Source: Actinomycetes bacterium (GTDB taxonomy: Bacteria > Actinomycetota > Acidimicrobiia > IMCC26256). From it: a stretch of DNA of 64,000 bases. Under the pieces are notes generated by a model. That model was not told the origin of the DNA. It made no database searches and saw only the letters and a program-made list of their open reading frames with translations. Below are positions 18,957 through 28,989 of this stretch, in pieces. Each line of letters begins with the position of its first letter. Positions within the stretch are counted from its first letter, which is position 1. The translations under genes were made by a program, and so were the position numbers. The stretch is taken from contig JBJTOY010000062.1 of assembly GCA_046074845.1 (NCBI GenBank), positions 2,733 to 66,732 on the forward strand. The letters run 5' to 3'.

Positions 18957-19556
18957 ATGTCGCCGGCGCCCGCACCCCCGCACCGCACCCCGCGGGTGGT
19001 CGCGCGACTCGGGGAGGCCGGCGCGGATCCCGCCACCGTCCGCGCCGCCGTCGACGCCGGCGCTGCGATGGTCGAGATCCCGTTCGAGGTCCTCGTCGCC
19101 GGCCCTCCGCCGGCCGGGGTCCCCTGCATCGTTGCGGTCGAGGACGCCGAGGCCGCCGTCGCAGCGATCGAGCGAGGCGCCGCCGGGCTGCGGGTGGACG
19201 CGACCGGTCCGGCGCGCGACGAGCTCGTCGCACTGGCGGCCGAGTGCGGGCTCGAGGCCCACGTCCCGATCGGACGGGGGCTCTCCGACGCTGTGTGCAT
19301 CGACGTGGGGGAGCTCGATCCTGACGCGGCCGATGACCTGCTCGGTCGCCTCGCCGCCCTCGCCGATCTCGCCGCCGCGGGTCGCGCCGTGGTCGCGTCG
19401 ATCGCCGCAGTGGGCCCGGATGCCACGGCGACGCTCGCCGCGCTGGCAACCGAGCGGGGCGCGACGGTGCTGCGGGTGGTCGACGTGGCATCCGCGGTCC
19501 GTGCGGCGGCCGTGCTCGCGACCATCGGCGGGGTGGACGCGGGACGGCCGCGGTGA
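18957..19556 (+). CDS. Degenerate dihydropteroate-synthase-like (pterin-binding fold) protein
   Basis: C-terminal GATVLRVVDV resembles FolP GA.IxRVHDV. Only ~200 aa; N-terminal TPDSF motif absent. Confidence 0.45.
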   Translation: MSPAPAPPHRTPRVVARLGEAGADPATVRAAVDAGAAMVEIPFEVLVAGPPPAGVPCIVAVEDAEAAVAAIERGAAGLRVDATGPARDELVALAAECGLEAHVPIGRGLSDAVCIDVGELDPDAADDLLGRLAALADLAAAGRAVVASIAAVGPDATATLAALATERGATVLRVVDVASAVRAAAVLATIGGVDAGRPR

Positions 19557-20596
19557 GCCTCTACGCGGTCAAGGGTTCGGATCCGGTGCTCCGGTCACGA
19601 GCCCTGGCCGAACTGCTCGACGAACTCCTCGCCGGCGACGACCGGAGCCTCGCGGTCGAGGACCTCACGGTCCCCGGTCGGGGTGACGACGGCGGCGGTG
19701 CCGAGGGGCGCGAGGCGATCGTGGCCGCTGCGGTGGGAGCGGCTCAGAGCCCGCCGTTCATGACGGCCCGCCGGATCGTGCTGCTGCGCGACTACGAGCA
19801 CCTCACGACGGACGAGGCGGCACCGCTGCTGGCCTACCTCGCCGATCCGCTCGATTCCACCGACCTCGTCCTGGTCGCGGGTGGGGGCGGCCGCGTCGTG
19901 AAGGGGCTCACGGATGCGATCAAGCACGGTCGGACGGTGGGCCCGGACTCCGAGAAGACCCTCGACGTGCTCCAGACCTCGCTCGCGGCCGCGGGCGTCG
20001 AACTCGACGGCCGCGCATCCGCGCTCGTCACCGACCACCTCGGGGAGGACGCCGGTCGCGTCGGCGCGCTCGTCGAGGTCCTCGCCGCAACCTACGGCGA
20101 GGGGATGCGCCTCGGGGTCGAGGAGGTGGAGCCGTACCTCGGTGAGGCCGGATCGGTGCCCGCGTACACCCTCACCAACGCGATCGAGCAGGGGGACACG
20201 GCCGGGGCGCTGGCGATCCTGGACCGACTCCTCACGGTGACGAGTCCGCGCCAACCCAAACCGATGCATCCGCTGCAGGTACTCGGGCTGCTCACGGCGC
20301 GCTACCGACGACTCCTGCGCCTCGACGACCCGGCGATCACGACCGCGGCCCAGGCCCACGCGGCGCTCGGGGGCAAGGGTTCGACCTTCCCCACCAAGAA
20401 GGCAGTCGAGGCGGTGCGGGGTCTGGGCTCCGACGGTCTGCGACGGGCGGTCGCGCTGCTGCACCGGGCCGACCTCGAGATGAAGGGCGCCAGCGCGCTC
20501 GACCCGCGGACCTCGATCGAGGTGCTCGTGGCCCGTCTCGCCGACCTCTCGGCACGTTCGCGGCACGGCGGCCGCGGGGGTGGCGGCAGGCGCTAG
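19553..20596 (+). CDS. holA: DNA polymerase III delta subunit
   Basis: SPPFM..RRIVLLR, ADLEMKG. Canonical comEC-holA-rpsT synteny. Confidence 0.88.
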   Translation: MSLYAVKGSDPVLRSRALAELLDELLAGDDRSLAVEDLTVPGRGDDGGGAEGREAIVAAAVGAAQSPPFMTARRIVLLRDYEHLTTDEAAPLLAYLADPLDSTDLVLVAGGGGRVVKGLTDAIKHGRTVGPDSEKTLDVLQTSLAAAGVELDGRASALVTDHLGEDAGRVGALVEVLAATYGEGMRLGVEEVEPYLGEAGSVPAYTLTNAIEQGDTAGALAILDRLLTVTSPRQPKPMHPLQVLGLLTARYRRLLRLDDPAITTAAQAHAALGGKGSTFPTKKAVEAVRGLGSDGLRRAVALLHRADLEMKGASALDPRTSIEVLVARLADLSARSRHGGRGGGGRR

Positions 20597-20856
20597 GAGG
20601 CCTGCTTCGCCGCAGCCCGCATGAGGCGGGAGGTGCGACGGGCGGCGGCGTTCTTGTGGATCACGCCCTTGCGCCCGGCCTTGTCGAGGCGCTTCTGGGC
20701 GGCCTTGACGGCCTCCGGCGCGGTCTCGGCACCCTCGGCGACGGCGGTGCGAGCGGTCTTCACCCGGGTACGCAGCTCGGAGCGCACGCCCTTGTTCCGG
20801 ACGCGACGCGCCTCGTTCTGGCGGTTGCGCTTCTTCTGGCTCGCGATGTTCGCCAT
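20593..20856 (-). CDS. rpsT: 30S ribosomal protein S20
   Basis: MANIASQKKRNRQNE..R..NK, KGVIHKNAAARR. Confidence 0.98.
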   Translation of the reverse strand: MANIASQKKRNRQNEARRVRNKGVRSELRTRVKTARTAVAEGAETAPEAVKAAQKRLDKAGRKGVIHKNAAARRTSRLMRAAAKQAS

Positions 20857-21011
20857 GGTTGCCTGGATCGCTCTCTGGTCTGCGTGCGGGGCCTGCGGAG
20901 GTTAGCAGGGGGTCCGCCGAGCGCGCCCCTCCGGGTCCCGGCGGGCCCGCGGCGGCCCCGGCGAGCGGGTGAGGTTCCCCGAGGCGGGGGTCCAGCGGCG
21001 AGAATGCGGCG

Positions 21012-22796
21012 GTGACCCCGCTCGAGCAGCTGCGCTGCCTCAGCATCATCGCCCACATCGACCACGGCAAGAGCACCCTCGCCGATCGGTTCCTCGAGAT
21101 CACCGGGGCCGTCGACGCCCGGGACATGCGGGCCCAGTACCTCGACTCGATGGACATCGAGCGTGAACGGGGCATCACGATCAAGGCCCAGAACGTGCGC
21201 CTCGACTGGCGGGGCCACGTCATCAACATCGTCGACACGCCGGGCCACGTCGACTTCGGGTACGAGGTGTCGCGCAGCCTCGCGGCGTGCGAGGGGGTGA
21301 TCCTGCTCGTCGATGCGAGCCAGGGGATCGAGGCCCAGACGCTCGCCAACTGCTACCTGGCGCTCGAGCACGACCTCACGATCGTCGCCGCGATGAACAA
21401 GATCGACCTGCCCGCGGCGGAGCCCGATCGAATCGCCGGCGAGATCGAGCGGGTGCTCGGGATCCCGGGCGCCGAGGTGCTGCGCATCTCGGCGAAGACC
21501 GGTGAGGGCGTCCCCGAACTGCTCGACGCGGTCATCGAGCGCATCCCGCCGCCGGTCGGCGACGCCGAGGCGGCGCTGCAGGCGCTCATCTTCGACTCGT
21601 ACTACGACGCCTACCGCGGGGTGATCTCGTCGGTGCGGGTGTTCAACGGCCACCTCGACTCGGGGGCGCGGCTGCGCTACGTGCAGACCAACGCGCCGCA
21701 CATCGCTGAGGAGGTCGGGGTGCGCCTGCCCGTCCCGACGCCGGTCGCCTCGCTCGGTCCCGGCGAGGTCGGGTACCTCATTACCGGCATCAAGGACGTC
21801 GGCCAGGCCCGGGTCGGCGAGACCGTGACCAACGCGGGTGACCCGGCCTCCGCGCTCGAGGGCTACCTCGAGCCCAAGCCGATGGTGTTCTGCGGTCTGT
21901 ACCCGGTCGATGGCGACGAGTACGCCGAACTGCGTGAGTCGCTCGAGAAGTTGCGGCTCAACGACTCCTCCTTCACCTACGAACCGGAGACATCGGGTGC
22001 GCTCGGCTTCGGGTTCCGATGCGGCTTCCTCGGGCTCCTGCACATGGAGATCGTCCGGGAACGACTCGAGCGCGAGTACAACCTCTCGCTCGTGGCCACG
22101 TCCCCGAACGTGGAGTACCGGGCGAACATGGTCGACGGGTCGGTGCGCATCGTGGACAACCCGTCGGCGATGCCGACGTCGAACGAGGTCGAGAGCATCG
22201 AGGAGCCCTACGTCGGCACCACGATCCTCACGCCGACCGAGTACGTCGGCCCGATCATGGAACTGTGTCAGCAGCGCCGCGGCGAGATGAAGAAGATGGA
22301 GTACCTCTCGGAGGAGCGCGTCGAACTGCAGTATGACCTCCCGCTCGGCGAGGTGGTCATGGACTTCTTCGATCACCTCAAGTCCCGGACGAAGGGGTAC
22401 GCGAGCCTCGACTACGAGCCGGCCGGCTACCGGCGCTCGCAGCTCGCCAAGGTCGACATCCTCCTCAACGGGACGCCCGTGGATGCGTTCTCGTCGATCG
22501 TGCACCGTGAGCGCGCCTACGACTACGGCCGGCGGATGACGGAGAAGTTGCGTGAGCTCATCCCGCGTCAGCTCTTCGACGTGCCGATCCAGGCCGCGAT
22601 CGGTGGCCGGGTGATCGCCCGTGAGACGGTGAAGGCGAAGCGCAAGGACGTCCTCGCGAAGTGCTACGGCGGTGACATCAGCCGCAAGCGCAAGCTGCTC
22701 GAGAAGCAGAAGGAGGGCAAGAAGCGCATGAAGCAGATCGGACGGGTCGAGGTCCCCCAAGAGGCGTTCGTGGCGGCTCTCCGCCTCGACGACTGA
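21012..22796 (+). CDS. lepA: Elongation factor 4
   Basis: [48 protein letters not shown]. Confidence 0.98.
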   Translation: MTPLEQLRCLSIIAHIDHGKSTLADRFLEITGAVDARDMRAQYLDSMDIERERGITIKAQNVRLDWRGHVINIVDTPGHVDFGYEVSRSLAACEGVILLVDASQGIEAQTLANCYLALEHDLTIVAAMNKIDLPAAEPDRIAGEIERVLGIPGAEVLRISAKTGEGVPELLDAVIERIPPPVGDAEAALQALIFDSYYDAYRGVISSVRVFNGHLDSGARLRYVQTNAPHIAEEVGVRLPVPTPVASLGPGEVGYLITGIKDVGQARVGETVTNAGDPASALEGYLEPKPMVFCGLYPVDGDEYAELRESLEKLRLNDSSFTYEPETSGALGFGFRCGFLGLLHMEIVRERLEREYNLSLVATSPNVEYRANMVDGSVRIVDNPSAMPTSNEVESIEEPYVGTTILTPTEYVGPIMELCQQRRGEMKKMEYLSEERVELQYDLPLGEVVMDFFDHLKSRTKGYASLDYEPAGYRRSQLAKVDILLNGTPVDAFSSIVHRERAYDYGRRMTEKLRELIPRQLFDVPIQAAIGGRVIARETVKAKRKDVLAKCYGGDISRKRKLLEKQKEGKKRMKQIGRVEVPQEAFVAALRLDD

Positions 22797-22858
22797 TCCG
22801 ACCACCGATCCGGCGCCCGACCCCGCGGGGCCCGACGGCGGGGCCCGGGGCGGCGGGC

Positions 22859-23998
22859 TCAGACGTCCCGGGGCAGGCCGAGCACGCGCTCGCCGAGGAT
22901 GGACCGCTGCACCTCGCTCGTCCCGCCGCCGATGGTGAGTGCCGGGGAGTACAGGAACCCGTAGGCCCACATGGGATCGGGATCGCCGAGCGGCCCGTGC
23001 GTCGCGAGGAGCCCGTCGCTCCCCGCGAGTTCGAGCGCGAGTTGCATCACGTGCTGGCCGTGCTCGTCGGCGAGGGCCTTGCGGGCGCTCGCCTCGGGTC
23101 CGGGCTCGAGCCCGCGCAGCACCGCGGCGACACTGCGCAGGCGGATGTAGCGCAGCACCTCGCCCTCGATGTGGACCCGTGCGATCCGCTGTCGCAGCAC
23201 CGGGTCGTCGATCCCGCCGTGTTCGCGCACGATGCGCACGAGATCGCCCGCGGTCGGGCCACGGCCCCAGAGGGCCCCCTCACCCGAGAGCGACACCCGT
23301 TCGTTGCCGAGGGTGACCTTGGCGAGCCGCCAGCCGTCGTGGACCTCGCCGACCACGTTGGCGGCGGGGACGCGCACGTCGGTCAGGAACACCTCGTTGA
23401 ACTCGTGCGTGCCGGTCATCTGCACGAGGGGTCGGACCTCGACGCCGGGCGAGGTCATGTCGAGCACGAAGTAGGTGATGCCCCGGTGCACGTCGGCGTC
23501 CGGATCGGTGCGGGCGAGCAGGATGCCCCACCGGGCGAAGTGCCCGATCGTCGTCCAGACCTTCTGCCCGTTCACCACGAACTCGTCCCCGTCGCGCACC
23601 GCCGTCGTGCGCAGGGAGGCGAGGTCCGAACCGGCACCGGGCTCGCTGAACAACTGGCACCAGAGTTCGGATCCGTCGAGCAGGCCCGGCAGCCAGCGCT
23701 CGTGCTGCTCGGGCGTCCCGGCGACGAGCAGGGTCGGTCCGGCCCAGCCGATCCCGATCGGGTTCATCGGGCGGGGGGCGCGCGCCGCCCGCAACTCCTC
23801 GTCGATCGCGAGTTGGGCCGCCGGCGACGCCGCGCGCCCCCAGGGCTCGGGCCAGTGGGGTGCGACGTACCCGGCGGCGGCCATGCGGCGGTTCCAGTCG
23901 GGCGGGAAGGCGCCGTCCGGCGCCACCTCGGCGAGCAGCGCCCGGACCTCGGCCCGGGCCGCGATGGCCTCGGGGGCCTCGGTGTGGGTCGCCGCCAT
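22859..23998 (-). CDS. Acyl-CoA dehydrogenase family protein
   Basis: WCQLFSEPGAGSDLASL, NGQKVWT, FNEVFL, TIGGGTSEVQR. Start MAATH, 7 nt after TAGGTT. Confidence 0.93.
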   Translation of the reverse strand: MAATHTEAPEAIAARAEVRALLAEVAPDGAFPPDWNRRMAAAGYVAPHWPEPWGRAASPAAQLAIDEELRAARAPRPMNPIGIGWAGPTLLVAGTPEQHERWLPGLLDGSELWCQLFSEPGAGSDLASLRTTAVRDGDEFVVNGQKVWTTIGHFARWGILLARTDPDADVHRGITYFVLDMTSPGVEVRPLVQMTGTHEFNEVFLTDVRVPAANVVGEVHDGWRLAKVTLGNERVSLSGEGALWGRGPTAGDLVRIVREHGGIDDPVLRQRIARVHIEGEVLRYIRLRSVAAVLRGLEPGPEASARKALADEHGQHVMQLALELAGSDGLLATHGPLGDPDPMWAYGFLYSPALTIGGGTSEVQRSILGERVLGLPRDV

Positions 23999-24089
23999 GT
24001 CCCCGAACCTAGGCCACGCCCCGGTGGGCGGGCTCGGTGGGCGGGCTCGGTGTCGGGACCCGCACGGAATGGCCGTCCATGGTCGGGAG

Positions 24090-24116
24090 TGATCCGGAGT
24101 CCCACTCCGCCCCGTA
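24090..24116 (+). promoter_or_regulatory. Putative autoregulatory ECF (SigK-type) promoter
   Basis: TGATCC-N17-CGTA ending 10 nt before the ECF sigma ATG. Confidence 0.55.
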
Positions 24117-24126
24117 GGCAACACTG

Positions 24127-24708
24127 ATGCGCATCGAAGATCTCCGAGAGGCCAGCGACGCCAAACTCGTCGTGGCGATCGGTCGGTACAGCCAGGAAGC
24201 CCTGGCCGAGGCCTACCGCCGCCACGGCGGAGCCGCGTTCGGCCTCGCACAGCGCCTCGTGGGCGATCGGTCGATGGCCGAGGAGGTCGTCCAGGAGGTC
24301 TTCCTCCGGCTCTGGAACGACCCCGACAAGTTCGACCCGGACCGGGGCACCCTGCGCTCCTACCTGCTGGCCCAGACCCACGGGCGCTCCGTCGACCTCA
24401 TCCGGTCGGAGAGTTCGCGGCGTCGGCGCGAGGAGCGCGAGGCGCGACTGAACGCCGAGTCCGGCTACGACCTCGAGCGCGAGGTCATCGACATGGCGGT
24501 CGGCGACCAGATCAGGGTCGCTCTGGCAACCCTGGCCGACGGCGAACGCGAGGCGATCGAACTCGCGTACTTCGGCGGCCACACCTACCGGGAGGTCGCA
24601 GCGATGCTCGGCCAGCCCGAGGGCACGATCAAGAGCCGGATCCGTTCCGGGCTGACGCGGCTGCGTTCGGCCCTCGTGGAGACGGGGGTGGTCGGCAGTG
24701 GCGCGTGA
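24127..24708 (+). CDS. ECF sigma factor, SigK-like
   Basis: AEEVVQEVFLRLW, FDPDRG, LAYFGGHTYREVA..LG.PEGTIKSRIRSGL. Confidence 0.9.
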   Translation: MRIEDLREASDAKLVVAIGRYSQEALAEAYRRHGGAAFGLAQRLVGDRSMAEEVVQEVFLRLWNDPDKFDPDRGTLRSYLLAQTHGRSVDLIRSESSRRRREEREARLNAESGYDLEREVIDMAVGDQIRVALATLADGEREAIELAYFGGHTYREVAAMLGQPEGTIKSRIRSGLTRLRSALVETGVVGSGA

Positions 24709-25549
24709 ACGCACCCCGGCCGAGATCGAGGAACTCCTCGGCGCCTACGCCCTCGACGCGGTGGACGCCGAGGAGGCCGAGCAGATCGAGCGCTACCTCG
24801 ACGAGCACCCCGAGGCGCGCGAGGAGGTGGCGCAGTACCGCGAGACCGCGTCGATGCTCGCCTTCGCGGGCGCAGACGCACCCTCGGGCCTCTGGCACTC
24901 GATCGTGGCCTCCCTCGAGGAGGAGCCGCGGCGCCTCGTCCTCCCCGCGCCGGTGCCGATGGACGACCTCCCGCCGCTGCGCATGCCGCCGGTGCCGGAT
25001 CGGGCCCGCGCCGAGGACCCGGTCGTGCCCGTCGCCGAGGTCCGGGCCATCGACGCGGCCCGGCCGCGGCGCACGCTCGCGATGCGCGTCGTGGCCGGCC
25101 TCGCCGCCGCGGCCCTGCTCCTCGTGGCCCTGCTCGGTCTCGAGATCGGTCGGCAGGGTCGCCAGGTCGAGGAGCTGACCTCCGCGCTCGACCGCAACGC
25201 GACGGAGAGCGCCGCTGCGCTCGCCGCCCGCACGCCCGGGGCCCGGATCACCGAGATGCGATCCCAGATCGGGGGCCGCAGCGCGCGGGTCGTGCTGCTG
25301 CCGGACGGCACCGGGTTCGTCACCGAGTCGAACCTCGAGCGCCTCCCCGCGGACCGGACCTACCAGCTCTGGGCGCTCGTCGGTGACGAGGATGACCCGG
25401 TCGCCATCTCGGCCGGCGTCCTCGGCAACTCGCCCTCGACCGTCCCGTTCCGGTTCAGCGGTTCGACGTTCGGCTTCGCCATCACCGACGAGGCCCGCCC
25501 CGGCGTGGTGTCCTCGACGCAGGCGCCGGTCGTCGTCGGCACGTTCTGA
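24698..25549 (+). CDS. Anti-sigma factor, RskA-like
   Basis: LLGAYALDAV, one TM, TYQLW, AITDE..G. Overlaps the ECF gene. Confidence 0.88.
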   Translation: MARERTPAEIEELLGAYALDAVDAEEAEQIERYLDEHPEAREEVAQYRETASMLAFAGADAPSGLWHSIVASLEEEPRRLVLPAPVPMDDLPPLRMPPVPDRARAEDPVVPVAEVRAIDAARPRRTLAMRVVAGLAAAALLLVALLGLEIGRQGRQVEELTSALDRNATESAAALAARTPGARITEMRSQIGGRSARVVLLPDGTGFVTESNLERLPADRTYQLWALVGDEDDPVAISAGVLGNSPSTVPFRFSGSTFGFAITDEARPGVVSSTQAPVVVGTF

Positions 25550-25637
25550 TCCCCGCCTCGGCCGCGGCCGCCGTGGGGTCGCCGGTCGGCCCGGATCTTT
25601 CGTGTCCTCGGGTGCGCCCCTGGGCGAGGATGGTGCC

Positions 25638-26771
25638 GTGAGTGCTCCGCCCCCGATCGGAACGGATGCGTACGGCGTCTACGTCCACGTGCCGTTCTGC
25701 TCGGTGCGCTGCGACTACTGCGACTTCGCGACCTGGGCCGATCGCTCCCACCTCATCGACGCGTACGTCGAGGCGGTGGTGATCGACCTCGAACGCCAGC
25801 GACTCGCCGGCGCGCCGGTGGCGAGCACCGTGTTCCTCGGGGGCGGGACGCCGTCGCTCCTCGACGGTCCCCAGGTGGCACGGGTCCTCGACGCGATCCC
25901 TCGGATCCCCGGTGCCGAGGTGACGGTCGAGTGCAACCCCGACGCGGTCGACGCCGAGCGTCTGGCGGCGTACCGCTCCGCCGGCGTCGACCGGCTCTCC
26001 TTCGGCGTGCAGTCGATGTCGACGCACGTGCTGCGCGCCCTCGGTCGGACCCACGACCCCGCCAACGTGGCCCGTGCCGTCGACCTCGCGCGGGCCGCAG
26101 GGTTCGCACGGCTCAACCTCGACCTCATCACCGGCACGCCGGGGGAGACCCTCGAGGACTGGTGCCGCACGCTGGAGGGCGCGCTGGCGCTCGAGCCGGA
26201 GCACCTGAGCGTGTACGCGCTCACGGTCGAACCCGGCACCCCCCTCGGACGGCGGGTGGCGAGCGGCGCGGCGCCCGACGTCGACGAGGATGCGCAGGCC
26301 GACGCCTACCTGCTCGCGGACGCCTCGCTCACCGCGGCCGGGTACGAGTGGTACGAGATCTCGAACTGGGCCCGTCCCGGCGAGGAGTGCCGACACAACC
26401 TCGGGTACTGGCTCGGGGGCGAGTGGGGCGCGGCCGGATGCGCCGCCCACGGGTTCCGGGCGGGCCGGCGGTGGTGGAACGTCCGCACCCCGGAGCGGTA
26501 CCTCGAGCGCATTGCGGCGGGCGCCGATCCGGCATCGGGCGACGAGGCGCTCGGCCCGGATGCGGCGGCGGAGGAGGCGTTCGGTCTCGGACTCCGGACC
26601 CGGTTCGGCGTCCGGGTCGACCCGCGTGCGGATGCGGCCCTCGCCGACCTCGTGGCCGGTGACCTCGTCCGGCGCTCGGGGGACCGGATCGTGCTCACCC
26701 CGCGGGGCCGTCTCGTCGCCTCGGACGTCACCACCCGCCTCATGCTCGCCGGGGCCGTGGGTCCGGCCTGA
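25638..26771 (+). CDS. hemW: Radical SAM heme chaperone HemW
   Basis: YVHVPFCSVRCDYCDF, GGGTPS, YEISNW, HNLGYW. Lies upstream of hrcA. Confidence 0.92.
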   Translation: MSAPPPIGTDAYGVYVHVPFCSVRCDYCDFATWADRSHLIDAYVEAVVIDLERQRLAGAPVASTVFLGGGTPSLLDGPQVARVLDAIPRIPGAEVTVECNPDAVDAERLAAYRSAGVDRLSFGVQSMSTHVLRALGRTHDPANVARAVDLARAAGFARLNLDLITGTPGETLEDWCRTLEGALALEPEHLSVYALTVEPGTPLGRRVASGAAPDVDEDAQADAYLLADASLTAAGYEWYEISNWARPGEECRHNLGYWLGGEWGAAGCAAHGFRAGRRWWNVRTPERYLERIAAGADPASGDEALGPDAAAEEAFGLGLRTRFGVRVDPRADAALADLVAGDLVRRSGDRIVLTPRGRLVASDVTTRLMLAGAVGPA

Positions 26772-26797
26772 CGGAGCGCACCGCCGGGGTCGTCGGG

Positions 26798-26824
26798 TTG
26801 GCAGTCGGTACACTCGACTGCCAA
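26798..26824. promoter_or_regulatory. CIRCE operator (variant) with embedded -10 box
   Basis: Perfect inverted repeat TTGGCAGTC-N9-GACTGCCAA about 40 bp upstream of hrcA. TACACT at 26809-26814. Confidence 0.9.
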
Positions 26825-26863
26825 CGCGTGATCGGTCGGACCCGGCAGCACCCGAGGAGGGTC

Positions 26864-27883
26864 GTGGACGTCGACGAACGGCGCGGCGAGGTCCTGCGGG
26901 CCATCGTCGAGGAGCACATCCAGACGGCGCAGCCGGTGAGCAGCCAGGCCGTGGCGCGCTCGGCCGGCCTCGGGGTCTCCAGCGCGACCGTCCGCAACGA
27001 CATGACGGCCCTCGAGCGCGACGGCTACGTGACCCAGCCCCACACCTCGGCCGGTCGGATCCCGACGGACCGCGGGTACCGGTACTTCGTCGACCGCTTC
27101 GCGGACCCGACGGCCATCCAGGGCCTCCACGGTGAGCAGCAGCGCGCGGTGTCCGAGTTCTTCCGTGGCGCGCACGCCGCCCTCGAGGACCTCCTGCACG
27201 AGACGAGCGGGCTGCTCGCCCGCATCACCCGGCACGCCGCGGTGGTCGTCGGACCGCCCACCGAGTCGGCCCGGGTGCGTCGGGTCGACCTCGTGCTCCT
27301 CCAGCCCGGGCAGGTCCTCGCGATCGCCGTGCTCTCGAACGGTGCGGTCGAGCGCGAGATGCTCACCGTCGATCCGGATCTGTCGAACGACCAGGTGACG
27401 CTCGCCGAGCAGGTTCTCGCCGCTGCGCTCGTCGATGCGACGCTGCAGGTGCCGCCCGCGCCGCGCCCGAGCGGCGACCCGGCCTCCGACACGCTCGCCG
27501 GCGCCGCGCACCTCGCCCTGCACCGGCGGGCCGAGGCCAGTCACGATCCGCTCTACGTCGGCGGGGCGAGTCGCATCGCCGCGGAGCAGGACGCGTTCGC
27601 CACCGCGCGATCGGCGGCGACGCTGCTCGAACTCCTCGAGCAGCAGGTCGTCGTGGTGTCCCTCGTGCGTGACCTCCTCGACCAGGGGGTGAGCGTCAGC
27701 ATCGGCTCCGAGCATCGGATCGACGAGCTGCGGGACTGCTCCCTCGTGCTCGCGCCCTACACGATCGAGGGCGAGGTGGCCGGCACCGTCGGTGTGCTCG
27801 GTCCGACCCGGATGGACTACCAGCAGGCGCTCGCCGCGGTCTCGACCGTGTCGGCCCAGCTCGGCAACCTCCTCTCGCACTGA
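26864..27883 (+). CDS. hrcA: Heat-inducible transcription repressor
   Basis: VSSATVRNDM, QPHTSAGRIPTDRGYRYFVD, GVLGPTRMDY. GAGGAGG RBS. Confidence 0.97.
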   Translation: MDVDERRGEVLRAIVEEHIQTAQPVSSQAVARSAGLGVSSATVRNDMTALERDGYVTQPHTSAGRIPTDRGYRYFVDRFADPTAIQGLHGEQQRAVSEFFRGAHAALEDLLHETSGLLARITRHAAVVVGPPTESARVRRVDLVLLQPGQVLAIAVLSNGAVEREMLTVDPDLSNDQVTLAEQVLAAALVDATLQVPPAPRPSGDPASDTLAGAAHLALHRRAEASHDPLYVGGASRIAAEQDAFATARSAATLLELLEQQVVVVSLVRDLLDQGVSVSIGSEHRIDELRDCSLVLAPYTIEGEVAGTVGVLGPTRMDYQQALAAVSTVSAQLGNLLSH

Positions 27884-27885
27884 CG

Positions 27886-28989
27886 ATGGATCCGTATGCG
27901 CTCCTCGGCGTCGGGCGCGACGCGACCCAGGACGACATCAAGCGCGCGTACCGACGCCTCGCCCGGGAGTGCCACCCCGACGCGAACCCCGGGGACGCAC
28001 GGGCCGAGGAGCGGTTCAAGGAGATCACCCGCGCGTATGAGTTGATCGGCGACCCCGAGAAGCGCCGGCGCTTCGACACCTTCGGAGACACCGGCGCCGG
28101 TGGCGCCGGTGGGCCCGGCGATCCGTTCGGGTTCGGCGACATCTTCGAGGCGTTCTTCGGCGGCGGCGACGGGTTCGGTGGTCGTCGGGGTGGCGGTCCG
28201 GCTCGGGCCCCGGACGCCGAGGCGGTCATCGACCTCGATCTCGTGGAGGCGGCCTTCGGCGTGACCAAGCGGGTCGAGGTCGACCTCGCGACCGCCTGCG
28301 AGACCTGTGCCGGTTCGGGCTGCGCCCCCGGCACGCACCCGGAGCGGTGCGGCTCCTGCGGCGGTGCGGGTGAGGTGCGTCAGGTCCGTCGGTCCATCCT
28401 CGGGCAACTCGTCACCGCGGTGCCGTGCTCGACCTGTCGTGGGCTCGGCACCGTGGTACCGGACCCGTGTGCTTCCTGTGCGGGCGGCGGCGTCGTGCGG
28501 GGCACGCGCACCCTCGAGGTCGAGGTGCCCCGTGGCATCGACTCGGGCCAGCGGCTGCGGTTGAGCGGCCGCGGACCCGCGGCGCCGCGCGGCGGTGCGC
28601 CGGGTGACCTCTACGTCACCGTGCGGGTGCGACCGCACCCGACGCTGCGGCGCGAGGGCAACGATCTCGTGCAGGTGTGCCGCATCCCGATGACGAGCGC
28701 CGCACTCGGCACCACCATCACGATCGCGACCCTCGAGGGCGAACTCGACATCGACGTCCCGGCCGGGACCCAGCACGGCACGGTGTTCCGCGAGCGGGGC
28801 CAGGGCGTGCCGGTGCTGCAGGGCCGCGGCCGCGGGGACCTGCTCGTGCAGGTCGACGTCGAGATCCCGCAGCGGCTCACCGAGGAGGAGGCCGAGATCC
28901 TGCGCGCCTTCGCGGCCCGGCGCGGCGAGGAGATCACCGACGCGGCCGAGCACGGGTTCTTCTCGCGGCTGCGCTCGGCGTTCCAGTGA
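27886..28989 (+). CDS. dnaJ: Chaperone DnaJ
   Basis: J-domain with HPD, G/F region, four CxxCxGxG repeats. Confidence 0.96.
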   Translation: MDPYALLGVGRDATQDDIKRAYRRLARECHPDANPGDARAEERFKEITRAYELIGDPEKRRRFDTFGDTGAGGAGGPGDPFGFGDIFEAFFGGGDGFGGRRGGGPARAPDAEAVIDLDLVEAAFGVTKRVEVDLATACETCAGSGCAPGTHPERCGSCGGAGEVRQVRRSILGQLVTAVPCSTCRGLGTVVPDPCASCAGGGVVRGTRTLEVEVPRGIDSGQRLRLSGRGPAAPRGGAPGDLYVTVRVRPHPTLRREGNDLVQVCRIPMTSAALGTTITIATLEGELDIDVPAGTQHGTVFRERGQGVPVLQGRGRGDLLVQVDVEIPQRLTEEEAEILRAFAARRGEEITDAAEHGFFSRLRSAFQ

